Source of the DNA: a virus
Taxonomy: Duplodnaviria; Caudoviricetes
Direction: 5' to 3' (one strand)
Length of the DNA: 64,000 bases
Virus record (IMG/VR): IMGVR_UViG_2974792740_000001
Span: 11,944-75,943 of that record
Below, piece by piece: positions 21,956-30,627 of this stretch (its first letter is position 1; each line of letters opens with the position of its first letter). Made by a program: the position numbers and the translations under genes. The notes beneath the pieces were generated by a model. It worked only from the letters and a program-made list of their open reading frames with translations, made no database searches and was not told the origin of the DNA.

Positions 21956-22297
21956 GTGATCGAGACCGCAGCGAAGGTAGCTCGCAGCAGACAGACCCCC
22001 TCGCCCATCTACCCCCGCAGTACGCCGGCCAAACGCCCGGTGAGCACGAAAGCTTCATCGGCACCGAAGCGCAAGACAGAGTGGCAGCTCCGTCTCAATA
22101 TGCCGATGGTGTACCGGCTGATGGACGATCACGGGTTCTCGGGAGCTACCGACATGGCGGTTCATTGCAAGGCATCCCGCGACACGATGTCTCGGGCATT
22201 TCGGGGAGACGGCATTACCTCCTCCCTGGCTTGCAAGGTCGCAACTGCGCTCGGGGTCCACCCGAACGAGATTTCACGCTTCCAGGATGTGGCATGA
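21956..22297 (+). CDS. Cro-like HTH protein
   Basis: GATDMAVHCKASRDTMSRAFRG...VATALGV; GTG lies 7 nt after TAGTGT (leaderless start inferred). Confidence 0.65.
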   Translation: MIETAAKVARSRQTPSPIYPRSTPAKRPVSTKASSAPKRKTEWQLRLNMPMVYRLMDDHGFSGATDMAVHCKASRDTMSRAFRGDGITSSLACKVATALGVHPNEISRFQDVA

Positions 22298-22506
22298 CGG
22301 TCAAGCAAGCGGTTCGTTACATGACGAGCGAAGACGTTGCGGAGTCCCTGGGCACCACGCCCAAGAACGTCCGGAACAAGGCGGTCGAGTACGTGCAGAC
22401 GCAGGGACGGAGGGGGTTGCGAGGTTTCCAGACTGGCCCGAAGGGTCGGTGGAGGTTCCGCCCGAGTGATGTGGAGGCTTTCGCCGAAGGGCGTCTAGTC
22501 AAGTAG
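22294..22506 (+). CDS. Excisionase-like (HTH_17/MerR-type) DNA-binding protein
   Basis: YMTSEDVAESLGTTPKNVRN...GRWRFRPSDVEAF. Confidence 0.75.
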   Translation: MTVKQAVRYMTSEDVAESLGTTPKNVRNKAVEYVQTQGRRGLRGFQTGPKGRWRFRPSDVEAFAEGRLVK

Positions 22507-22512
22507 TTCTTT

Positions 22513-22554
22513 GCCTGAGTGGCACACACGTGGGGTTCGAGTCCCCCGGCAGGC
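22513..22554 (+). ncRNA. tRNA-like minihelix (T-arm plus acceptor-like stem)
   Basis: GCCTG/CAGGC stem enclosing GGGG-TTCGAGT-CCCC. Confidence 0.4.
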
Positions 22555-22728
22555 GCGATGGGGCGTGCATAGCCTGACGACAACCTTGCGCACGTTCCCT
22601 CATTCTTTCTCTCTCTCAACACCCACGGTCTACGGACGCTGTATTCGGCGTGCGCCCGTGATGGTGTGTGTCCTTTCAGAACTCCATAGTGCACATGCGC
22701 TGCCCGTTGATACGGCCAGACGAAACAG

Positions 22729-23146
22729 ACCTGCCTCAGGCAAGTGGGGTGAAGCGGGTGGACGGTTGACTTGTCCCTGAAACCCTAAGGTGCTGTGTTT
22801 GGTGTCGACTCCTGTCGGCGGCGCAGAAGAAACCCTTATTGGGTTTGATTTTCATTAGTACTTCGATGTTTGACGAAGATATGTGCCAGTTGGTGGGACC
22901 TGTAGGGGTACAGGAGGGTTGACATCCTTTCGCCTGCCAGCTTGATCGCCTGCTTCCCCGTTGGCGAAATATGCTGCGAACACCATCCTAGCGCAGCGGC
23001 ACGAGGTGTCGTATCCCGAGTAAACCGAACCTACAGAACAGGTTTGGGTGGTACGGACGCCCCGGGATGGGGGCGCGGGAAAGTTCGCTCGTTTCGTCAA
23101 ATGTCGGTGGGGGTTCGCCGACCAACGTTGGCCCGTTGAGGCAGGT
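22729..23146 (+). ncRNA. Large structured ncRNA candidate, family unknown
   Basis: Perfect 10-bp closing stem 22729-38/23137-46, nested 11-16 bp stem 22863-78/23092-107, more than 10 internal helices and a possible pseudoknot. Confidence 0.6.
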
Positions 23147-23211
23147 TCGATCCTGGTTCCCTTGCTGAATGTCCTGTTCTTCCGTCTTCTTTCACAGATT
23201 TGAGGTGTGTC

Positions 23212-23598
23212 ATGTCCACTGGTACTGCCATGCACGAAACCTTCGAGAAGTTCGTCGCTGAGGTGCGCCGGCTCGCCAACGAGAATCCCAACTTCATCTA
23301 CAAGCCCCGAACCGTTCCGGGAAGGCAGATCACCTGCCATTACGTGAACGAGGACCGCACGGGCGGTGATTGCCTGATCGGCCAGGCGCTCTTCAATACG
23401 GGGATGCGCACGATCGAACAGCTTGACGAGGTCGAGGGCAGGGGTGCTGCCACGGTGCTCCGTCGATACTTCGACGCACCCAGTGCGCTACAGCGTTGGG
23501 CGACAGAGGTTCAGGGCGCTCAGGATGACGGCGTGGCCTGGGGTGAGGCCGTCAGGCGAGTGGACGCGCGTCACGCTGAGTTGGGTGGCGTCCAGTGA
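23212..23598 (+). CDS. Hypothetical protein (paralogue of 25714-26112)
   Basis: GAGG RBS; shared LA.ENP.F.Y, CLIGQAL, QDD.VAWG motifs. Confidence 0.75.
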   Translation: MSTGTAMHETFEKFVAEVRRLANENPNFIYKPRTVPGRQITCHYVNEDRTGGDCLIGQALFNTGMRTIEQLDEVEGRGAATVLRRYFDAPSALQRWATEVQGAQDDGVAWGEAVRRVDARHAELGGVQ

Positions 23599-23687
23599 GG
23601 GACAAGCTTGAAGTTGCGTTCGCTTACCTCTGCGGTGTCTGCATCTTCGGCATCGCTTTCTACTCACTGATCGGAGGGGCGGCATGA
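23595..23687 (+). CDS. 30-aa membrane peptide (absent from ORF track)
   Basis: MRDKLEVAFAYLCGVCIFGIAFYSLIGGAA; GTGA and ATGA overlaps with both neighbours. Confidence 0.6.
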   Translation: MRDKLEVAFAYLCGVCIFGIAFYSLIGGAA

Positions 23688-24265
23688 TTGGCCGCGAATT
23701 GATCCGCCAGGCACCACCTTACGACGAACCCCAAACCCCAAGAGGTGCGGACGGCAAGGTCTTATACCCGTACGAACAGCGGCACTACGTTGACTGCGGC
23801 ACCGACCCCGCCTACCTGAAGATGGCCGCTGAGCACTGTCTGGCCGGTATCGACTTCGACACTGTTGTGGGCATCGGGGTTTCAGGTGCGGTTGCTCTGC
23901 CGGTCACGTCGTTGGCGACCGGGAAGCGCATGTTGGTACTCCGCAAGCCTGGCGTGTCCGCTCACAGCAAAGCGCATACGGGCTCGTTGGGGCGTGCGTG
24001 GGTGTTCGTGGATGACTTCATTGGTGGCGGGTCCACGTTTGAGGGTGTGCGCGAGCAGGTTGGGAAGCTTGCTTACCAGAACAACTTCGAGACACGCTTC
24101 GTCGGGGCGTTCCTGTATGGCTACTACCCGGATTACAGCCAGATCGCTGATGGCGCAGCGAATCATCGTGCCGCGACGTTCTTGTCTGCCGCATCGTTCT
24201 TCGGCAGGTTCTCCCATCTCGCGCCAAGGGTCAGGGAGAAGGTTAGCTTTGAATCCCTCGACTGA
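23684..24265 (+). CDS. Type I phosphoribosyltransferase-like protein
   Basis: PRPP-binding motif VFVDDFIGGGST; GIGVSG and LRK motifs. Confidence 0.8.
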   Translation: MIGRELIRQAPPYDEPQTPRGADGKVLYPYEQRHYVDCGTDPAYLKMAAEHCLAGIDFDTVVGIGVSGAVALPVTSLATGKRMLVLRKPGVSAHSKAHTGSLGRAWVFVDDFIGGGSTFEGVREQVGKLAYQNNFETRFVGAFLYGYYPDYSQIADGAANHRAATFLSAASFFGRFSHLAPRVREKVSFESLD

Positions 24266-24527
24266 CCGGAAGCCGGATCCGCCGCTGGTGGAGATCGCGG
24301 GCAGCGTGCTCGCCGCGAAACCCGACGAGATGCCCACACTGCTGGCCGAGCTGGAACAGCAGTACGTGGTCATGTCGCGTAAAGAGTTTCAGTCGATGAT
24401 GGCGACGGTTGCCGCCCATCAAGCCGAGTACAAGCAAGAGAATTCGACACTGCGTCAGCTTTTGAACCTTCCGGACCTGGATTCTGTTGACCAGGCCGAG
24501 TATTTCGCCACGGAGAAGGATCTATGA
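24249..24527 (+). CDS. Hypothetical protein
   Basis: TTG start with purine-rich RBS; fills the gap in the coupled gene run. Confidence 0.55.
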   Translation: MNPSTDRKPDPPLVEIAGSVLAAKPDEMPTLLAELEQQYVVMSRKEFQSMMATVAAHQAEYKQENSTLRQLLNLPDLDSVDQAEYFATEKDL

Positions 24528-24829
24528 GTTTCCACATCAAAACCAAGTACCTGGACGACGAGGCCGAACTGACCTTCGGCAAGTACCAGGACGGCAGTAT
24601 CGCCCTCCGACTCTTCAGCCCCGAAGAGGGTCCACTCTCAACCGCCACAGTGTGCCTGGAAGGTTCGAAGCCAGCACAGGGGAACGTGTTCATCAAGGAC
24701 TGGTCGGAGAACGAGGGCATGTACGACGGCCTGCGGAAGGCGGGCATCATCGGTGAATCGGTGCGCTCTCACCCGGCTGGCTTTGCCATTGCACTCGAAT
24801 GCCCCCTGCTGGTGGAGCTTCCGTCATGA
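24524..24829 (+). CDS. Hypothetical phage protein
   Basis: ATGA overlaps on both sides; IKDWSENEG motif. Confidence 0.65.
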   Translation: MSFHIKTKYLDDEAELTFGKYQDGSIALRLFSPEEGPLSTATVCLEGSKPAQGNVFIKDWSENEGMYDGLRKAGIIGESVRSHPAGFAIALECPLLVELPS

Positions 24830-25113
24830 CGGCCTCAACCCTGAAGTCAGCCGACTTCGAGTTCTCCCCGCACGCCATCGACAGAATGCTCGACATGGCC
24901 GTGGATGCACCAGAAGTCATCCGGGCGATGCAGGGCACAAAGATCACAGACCCACAGGGTTTTCGCTGGATCGGTGAACGGGTCACAGTGTTCGCGGTCT
25001 GGGATCCCCGATTGCAGAAGCATGTCGTCACCACTGTGGTGTGGAAGACCGAAGACCTGTGGCGCAAAGACATGTCCATCGCGCCATGCCGCGGACGGGA
25101 AGTGAAGCTGTGA
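24826..25113 (+). CDS. DUF4258-like protein (possible RelE-like fold)
   Basis: FEFSPHAIDRML...EV...VVTTV. Confidence 0.5.
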   Translation: MTASTLKSADFEFSPHAIDRMLDMAVDAPEVIRAMQGTKITDPQGFRWIGERVTVFAVWDPRLQKHVVTTVVWKTEDLWRKDMSIAPCRGREVKL

Positions 25114-25475
25114 TGCCCGAATCGAATGAAACACGCTCGCAGTCCGAGTATGCAGCCGACTCGTGGGCGGCGCTCGTCCGGGAAAATCATGAGCTTGCTG
25201 CGGAGAACAGGCGTCTCCGCGAAGAGGCTGACGATCCGGTGCACTCGGTGTACGAAGTAGCCACCCATCTCGAAGGCCACGGGTTCCATGATGCCCGCGA
25301 CTGGACGTACCGGATCCTTGAGGAATGGGTGCGTGGCTACAACGATTGGTGGAGGGGCGCTTTCATCACGCAGGAGGGTCGCAAGCATGTGCGGTTGACG
25401 CGGAGTGGATTCATGTTCACCCCGGCTGGTGTGCGTGCGGCTGAGGTTCAGTTCCTTGGTGAGGCGGTCTCGTGA
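25113..25475 (+). CDS. Hypothetical protein
   Basis: TGATG overlap; N-terminal coiled coil. Confidence 0.6.
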   Translation: MPESNETRSQSEYAADSWAALVRENHELAAENRRLREEADDPVHSVYEVATHLEGHGFHDARDWTYRILEEWVRGYNDWWRGAFITQEGRKHVRLTRSGFMFTPAGVRAAEVQFLGEAVS

Positions 25476-25723
25476 CGATCGCGTTGCTTGACATTCCGGA
25501 TTATATCGATATGGGCGAGTTCGGTTTCAGCCCTGTGATTCCGGAGAGTCATCTGATAGTCGACAGTCCTGTGCTTGATCCTGTGACGGGTGAGCCGGTT
25601 GTTGAGGTGGATCAAATGGTTTTGGACCGGGATGGCTCGCCGTGGGCGTGGTCGGGTTCCGGCTGGATGGCTGCTGGCGATTGGCGTTCACAGCCGTGGG
25701 AGAAGGTTAAACAATGGTTCTGA
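25472..25723 (+). CDS. Hypothetical protein
   Basis: GTGA overlap; VLDRDGSPW. Confidence 0.6.
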   Translation: MTIALLDIPDYIDMGEFGFSPVIPESHLIVDSPVLDPVTGEPVVEVDQMVLDRDGSPWAWSGSGWMAAGDWRSQPWEKVKQWF

Positions 25724-26112
25724 AAGCTGCTGAGCGTCTTCCGATGACGCCCGAGTTAGAAGCGAAGCTGGTTGCTTCGGTGGTGGAGTTGGCGACCGCC
25801 AACCCGGAGTTCGTGTACGAGGCCCCAGCCGGAGGGGCCGCGTGCCTGTACACGCACAAGGATGAGCCGTCGTGCCTGATCGGCCAGGCTCTCTCCAAGG
25901 TGGGCTACACCATCGAAGAGTTGTACGAGTTCGACCACAACGAAATGCGCGAGTCGGACGCCGGCTGGATTCTGACGGAACTGGGGGCATCCGACGAGGT
26001 AGCCCTTTGGGCTCTGGGTGTGCAGACACGTCAGGACGATCAGGTGGCATGGGGGAACGCGCTTTGGTATACCGACGAGGAGTGCGGTCGCCCGGAGGTG
26101 AAGGTGGCATGA
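25714..26112 (+). CDS. Hypothetical protein (paralogue of 23212-23598)
   Basis: Shared motifs; the DNA string TGCCTGATCGGCCAGGC occurs in both genes. Confidence 0.75.
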   Translation: MVLKAAERLPMTPELEAKLVASVVELATANPEFVYEAPAGGAACLYTHKDEPSCLIGQALSKVGYTIEELYEFDHNEMRESDAGWILTELGASDEVALWALGVQTRQDDQVAWGNALWYTDEECGRPEVKVA

Positions 26113-26600
26113 GCATCGCACAAGCACAGTCAAACGTAGCCCAGTTCATGCTCGGTGGCGGGCAGGAGGTTCGCTACTTCCCCACCATCCCAAAGCGTGA
26201 GGGCACAGCCAACGAACAGGGCCACAGTGACGAACTGTTCTTCGCCGCCACGGTTCTCGGCATCGCTGATTCCATCAAGGATTCGGCGAACATCCACCAG
26301 TCCGAGCAGCTTCTCTCGATGGCCCTTCTGCTCGAAGAGGTTGGCGAACTGTTCGAAGGTATTGCGAAGAACGATCTGGTCGCAATCGCTGACGGCTCAA
26401 CGGATGTGAAGGTTATCGTCCTGGGTATCGACAACCGTTTCGGCTTGCCCGCCGACGAGCTGTTCGAAGAAGTTCATCGCTCCAACATGTCGAAGTTCGT
26501 GGATGGCAAAGCTGTCCGGGACGAGGCTGGGAAGATTCAGAAGGGGCCGAATTACTCTCCGCCACAGTTGGAAGGGATCCTCTACCCCAATGAAGGTTAA
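26109..26600 (+). CDS. MazG-like NTP pyrophosphohydrolase
   Basis: LLEEVGEL, IADGSTD, EVHRSNMSK, GKIQKGPNY. Confidence 0.88.
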   Translation: MSIAQAQSNVAQFMLGGGQEVRYFPTIPKREGTANEQGHSDELFFAATVLGIADSIKDSANIHQSEQLLSMALLLEEVGELFEGIAKNDLVAIADGSTDVKVIVLGIDNRFGLPADELFEEVHRSNMSKFVDGKAVRDEAGKIQKGPNYSPPQLEGILYPNEG

Positions 26601-26886
26601 GAATTTGGTGACCCGGACGCGCTTGCGGAAGGTTGGGGCGTTCCTCGGATGGCTGTGCCTCGTTGCGGCGACTGCTGCGGTGATCTGGCTGGGCTTCTAC
26701 GCCGAGTGGAACTGGCTCAACAACACCTACACGGAGACCATAATCGATGGGCGCGAGTACACGACGGGCACCGATCTGGATGGGCTGAGTGTCTTCATCT
26801 TCGTGGGGGCGTTGCTGCCCGGTGTACCGGCACTAGCTTGGGCGGCTGACTGGATCGGTCGGCAGTGGAAGAAGCTACCCGCATGA
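26590..26886 (+). CDS. Two-TM membrane protein
   Basis: Two hydrophobic segments. Confidence 0.6.
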   Translation: MKVKNLVTRTRLRKVGAFLGWLCLVAATAAVIWLGFYAEWNWLNNTYTETIIDGREYTTGTDLDGLSVFIFVGALLPGVPALAWAADWIGRQWKKLPA

Positions 26887-27086
26887 AAGCTAGGTGCATC
26901 AAAAGCGGGAGCGGGTACACACTCCTGTCTGTTCGCACGTCGCCCGCGAAAGCCTTCGTCGTACTTGAAGTGCCCACCTACCCACACAACGGGACCACCA
27001 CTCCCGAACGGGTCTGGCTAGACGTGGCGAACTCGAAACGCCTCCGCAAGGCGCTGAAGAAAGCGGAGAAGAAGACGAAACCCTAG
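26883..27086 (+). CDS. Hypothetical basic protein
   Basis: ATGA overlap. Confidence 0.55.
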   Translation: MKARCIKSGSGYTLLSVRTSPAKAFVVLEVPTYPHNGTTTPERVWLDVANSKRLRKALKKAEKKTKP

Positions 27087-27142
27087 GAGAGCACATCACA
27101 GACCACACAATTCAACGCGACTACAACGACCGACCGTGGGTC

Positions 27143-28018
27143 ATGCCGCCAGGCGCAGGCCCACTCACCGGAGAACCCAAGAGCGGCAAAGCTCGCAACG
27201 GCAAACCGAAGACCTGGTGGATTTCCAAGGACGCAACCCCGTACGCCCGCATGTCGGGTATCGCCAAGCCTCTGGACAGCAAAGAGGGCCTTGTGGATTG
27301 GGCGGCAGCTCAGGCCGCTGTTGGTGTCATGCTCGACGCGGCAGCCAGGTCCGAGATCGTCACCCTCATCAACGAATACGATGGCGACCCGTGGAACAAC
27401 GGGGACGACGGATCATTCAAGTCCGGTAAGTCTCGGCTGAAAAACGCTGTCGAGCAAGCCCGTACGACCGCCGGCCAGAACGTTGCCTCTGCCGCTGGCA
27501 CCGAGTTCCACACGCTGGGTGAGCTTCACAACCGTGGGAAGACGCCACGCATTGTGCAGGAACACCTTGTGCCGCTGTATGAGCACTACAAGGAACGGGT
27601 TGCCCCGTTGAAGTTCCTGCGCCAGGAGTTGTTCGTCATCAATGACGAGCTGAAGCTTGCTGGTTCGCTTGACTATCTGATCGAGTTGCCTGATGGCCGT
27701 GTGGTTGTTGGGGACTTGAAGACTGGCAAGTGGGATTTCAAGTATCCAATGTCGTGCACGACTCAGATTGCCGGGTATGCGAATTCGGTGGTGTACGACC
27801 AGGCGACTGGTGAGCGGACGCCGATCCATCCCGACTTGGATACGTCGGTGGGTTTGTTGGTGCACTTCCCGATTAAGACGAAGAATCCGAAGGTTCGTTT
27901 CTATGAGCTGGATTTGGAGTTGGGGATGCGTGCTGCCCGTATTGCTGGGGAGTTGTCGGAGTTGCAGCGAGAGTTTAAGCGTAAGGGCGCTGAGCCGCGT
28001 CCGATCGAGTTTGTCTAG
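27143..28018 (+). CDS. PD-(D/E)XK exonuclease (RecE/Cas4-like)
   Basis: GTEFH, LAGSLD, GDLKTG, QIAGYAN. Confidence 0.85.
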   Translation: MPPGAGPLTGEPKSGKARNGKPKTWWISKDATPYARMSGIAKPLDSKEGLVDWAAAQAAVGVMLDAAARSEIVTLINEYDGDPWNNGDDGSFKSGKSRLKNAVEQARTTAGQNVASAAGTEFHTLGELHNRGKTPRIVQEHLVPLYEHYKERVAPLKFLRQELFVINDELKLAGSLDYLIELPDGRVVVGDLKTGKWDFKYPMSCTTQIAGYANSVVYDQATGERTPIHPDLDTSVGLLVHFPIKTKNPKVRFYELDLELGMRAARIAGELSELQREFKRKGAEPRPIEFV

Positions 28019-28030
28019 GAGGCAAACCTT

Positions 28031-28552
28031 TTGAGTGACTACAAGTTCTATGTGGACCCGAATGGACACTTCTATGCCACTGATCGCTTCGGGGGCCTGA
28101 GTGACTACAATCGCGATGGCGATGGCGATCTGGAATACGATGGAAGTTCCAGCGTCCAGGTGAGTGAGCTTACCGAGCTGCTGCCTGCCGATCAGGTGGA
28201 CACCGGGTTCAAGCTACCCGAGACGACGGTGTACACGAACGAGTCGGGCAGCCTCATCATTGGGAAGGTCGAAGGCGACCCCGTGGGGTTGCGGTCCATC
28301 CTCTCCAACACGCCGGTTTCCGATCTGGATGAGAAGGTTCGCAAGCTCACCAACGAGCTGGCCGTGTACATCCACCTGCGGGACTACCAGGCCGAGAAGG
28401 CGAAGGTAGACGACGATCTGATTCGGAAGATGGGTGACGCCTATCTGGCTGCTGCGAGCGCGGTTCCGGGAACTGTGGCGGGCATGAACGGCCCGATCGC
28501 TGAGAAGTTCCTGGCAGGCATCCGAGCGGCATTGGAGGTTGCCCGTGGGTGA
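28031..28552 (+). CDS. Hypothetical protein
   Basis: GGAGG RBS; lies between exonuclease and ERF. Confidence 0.65.
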   Translation: MSDYKFYVDPNGHFYATDRFGGLSDYNRDGDGDLEYDGSSSVQVSELTELLPADQVDTGFKLPETTVYTNESGSLIIGKVEGDPVGLRSILSNTPVSDLDEKVRKLTNELAVYIHLRDYQAEKAKVDDDLIRKMGDAYLAAASAVPGTVAGMNGPIAEKFLAGIRAALEVARG

Positions 28553-29225
28553 CATCCAGGTCAAGCTCAACGCCATCCAGACGAAGCTCCACGCACCCAA
28601 GGGGCAGAACAACAAGTTCGGCGGTTACGCCTACCGTTCGGCCGAGGACATCACCGAAGCTGTGAAGCCGCACCTGGCCGAGCATGGTGTCAATCTCATC
28701 CTGAGTGACGAGGTTGTGGAGGTTGGTGGCCGCGTCTACGTGAAGGCCACTGCCGCCCTGATCGCTCCGGACGGTTCGTCGGAGTCGGCCCACGGTTGGG
28801 CTCGCGAGGCTGCGGATAAGAAGGGCATGGACGATGCCCAGATCAGTGGTTCCGCGTCGTCGTATGCCCGCAAGTACGCCATGAACGGCCTGTTTGCGAT
28901 CGATGACGGAAAGGATCCGGACAGCAACGAGCAGGGCGAGCAGGTGCGCAAAGCCTCGCAGGAGAAGCCGAAGAGCAACGCCAAGCCTGCTGCGAAGAAG
29001 GCCGCTCCCGTGAAGAAGGTTGCACCCAAGGCGTCGAGCGATGCTCCCGCCGGCCTGGACGCCAAACGCGCGGAAGCCCTTGGCCTGCTGAAAGAGAAGA
29101 AGATTCCGGGCGGTGAGTTCAAGCTCTACCTCATGACCCTGGGTGAGTGGGACGGCGTTCCGGACATCGACTCCGAAGAGGCCCTGGACAACCTGATCGC
29201 TTGGGCCAACGCCTACGGTGAGTGA
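28545..29225 (+). CDS. erf: ERF-family ssDNA annealing protein
   Basis: APKGQNNKFGGYAYRSAEDI, AQISGSASSYARKYAMNGLFAIDD. Confidence 0.9.
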   Translation: MGDIQVKLNAIQTKLHAPKGQNNKFGGYAYRSAEDITEAVKPHLAEHGVNLILSDEVVEVGGRVYVKATAALIAPDGSSESAHGWAREAADKKGMDDAQISGSASSYARKYAMNGLFAIDDGKDPDSNEQGEQVRKASQEKPKSNAKPAAKKAAPVKKVAPKASSDAPAGLDAKRAEALGLLKEKKIPGGEFKLYLMTLGEWDGVPDIDSEEALDNLIAWANAYGE

Positions 29226-29598
29226 CGCCGGGGTTGACCGGGCGAAGGTTGCGCGCCGCCTGTGGGTTCTCTCCGAGATGTGCCAGCAGCTCCCCGACAA
29301 TTCGGAGCACCCGTTCACCCGGTTCCGGGTAGCGAAGACGGCACTGTCCCGAGCAAAGGCGCAAGCACTCTTGAGGGCTCCGATCCGGGATCCCCAAGAC
29401 GAGACCCGGAAGATGACCGGCGATGACCGCGAAGCATGGACACTCGCTCAGCCTGAGGTGATTGCAGCCGAAGATGAGCTGGTTGTGGCGGAGTCGGCCT
29501 GGAACTACTACCAGGAACAGACGTGGGCTCGCAAAGACGAAGCCGAGTACCTACGCACCCTGTCTGCTGATGCTCGCGCAGATATGGCTCTCCTGTGA
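29218..29598 (+). CDS. Coiled-coil protein, possible recombination mediator
   Basis: Helical; follows the recombination pair. Confidence 0.5.
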   Translation: MSDAGVDRAKVARRLWVLSEMCQQLPDNSEHPFTRFRVAKTALSRAKAQALLRAPIRDPQDETRKMTGDDREAWTLAQPEVIAAEDELVVAESAWNYYQEQTWARKDEAEYLRTLSADARADMALL

Positions 29599-29897
29599 GC
29601 GCCTGGTGGTTGCGGGCGAAGTGCCGCGACATGGACCCGGAGAGATTCGCCGTGAGCAACCTGACTCCCGGCAGAGAAAATGTTGAAGCGACCGCGCTGT
29701 GTGCCGGTTGCACGGTGATACCTGAATGCGCAGGAGATGCCCTTGCGGGCATGAATGTGTCTCAGGTGTTGCGTGGCCCGTTTAAGACCACCCTGGCTGA
29801 GGCTGACGATGTTGTGCCTCAGTCGGGTGTCGTGCGGGCAGGCATGGTGATACCAGAAATTGAGGTTGACGATGGCGTTCTTCCAGCCGAAGCCTGA
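29595..29897 (+). CDS. whiB: WhiB-family transcription factor
   Basis: W..RAKC, C..C..IPEC, GVV.AG. Confidence 0.8.
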   Translation: MSAWWLRAKCRDMDPERFAVSNLTPGRENVEATALCAGCTVIPECAGDALAGMNVSQVLRGPFKTTLAEADDVVPQSGVVRAGMVIPEIEVDDGVLPAEA

Positions 29898-30627
29898 GCT
29901 GGACTGGCAACTCGACGCGAACTGCGCAGGCCCCGGCGCTAACCCCCAGAATTGGGACATCGAGTCCCTGGACCGCGACGGCGACTTGGACGCACAAGCG
30001 CAGGCTCTCTGTGAGGGATGCCCGGTCATGGCCGCATGTCTGAACGACGCAGAGTCGGCTCAGAGCCCGCTCCTAGGGTTCCCTGATGACGAGGACGGCG
30101 AGCTGGGCACAGTCGGCGTGGTTCGGGGTGGTAAGGCGTTCGACTATCCCCCTGAGGCCAAGAAGCCTGTCCTGAAGCGGCGCGCGTGGATCGCTGAGTT
30201 CAACGCGCTGGTCGATGAAGGGCGTACCCATGACTTCATTCGCATGAAGATGGGTTTGACCTTGGACGCGTACACGCTGCGGCTGCGTCGGTATGGCTGC
30301 AAACGGGACACTGCGATTGAGGCCAAATGCAAGGAAATGATTCAGCATTGGGTCGATGTCAAAATGCGGTTCACGAGCTTCGATCTGCCGTACGGCACAC
30401 CCCTAGCTGAGCGACAGTTCGCGTTGATGTGGGCGGTGCGCGAAGGGCTGGTTCGGAAGCTGGGAAACAAGCCGAATCCGAACCCGAAGGGCCACCCGCT
30501 GATGATGTACGGCCAGCCAGATTGGCCCGAGTTTGAGCCGTCTGGGAACCTGCGAATTAGCTACTGGCACGCAGGTGAGGTGAGGTTCGGGGTCAACATC
30601 TACGGAAATGTCAGCCTCTACGCCTAG
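29872..30627 (+). CDS. WhiB-like domain fused to a ~150-aa C-terminal extension
   Basis: DWQLDANC, CEGCPVMAAC, GVVRGG. Confidence 0.7.
   Translation: MAFFQPKPELDWQLDANCAGPGANPQNWDIESLDRDGDLDAQAQALCEGCPVMAACLNDAESAQSPLLGFPDDEDGELGTVGVVRGGKAFDYPPEAKKPVLKRRAWIAEFNALVDEGRTHDFIRMKMGLTLDAYTLRLRRYGCKRDTAIEAKCKEMIQHWVDVKMRFTSFDLPYGTPLAERQFALMWAVREGLVRKLGNKPNPNPKGHPLMMYGQPDWPEFEPSGNLRISYWHAGEVRFGVNIYGNVSLYA

Noticed and set aside
22574-22726. Hammerhead ribozyme (CTGACGA ... GAAA)
   Set aside because: No stem II or G-C closing pair, and the spacing is about 150 nt
22729-23170. Assigning the large RNA to tmRNA, RNase P, or group I/II intron
   Set aside because: Partial look-alikes exist (GGTGTCGAC, GGGAAAG, AAGATAT, CGTAT/GTACGG) but are in the wrong order or lack the required pairings: no acceptor stem, no P7 GACTA/TAGTC, no catalytic triad
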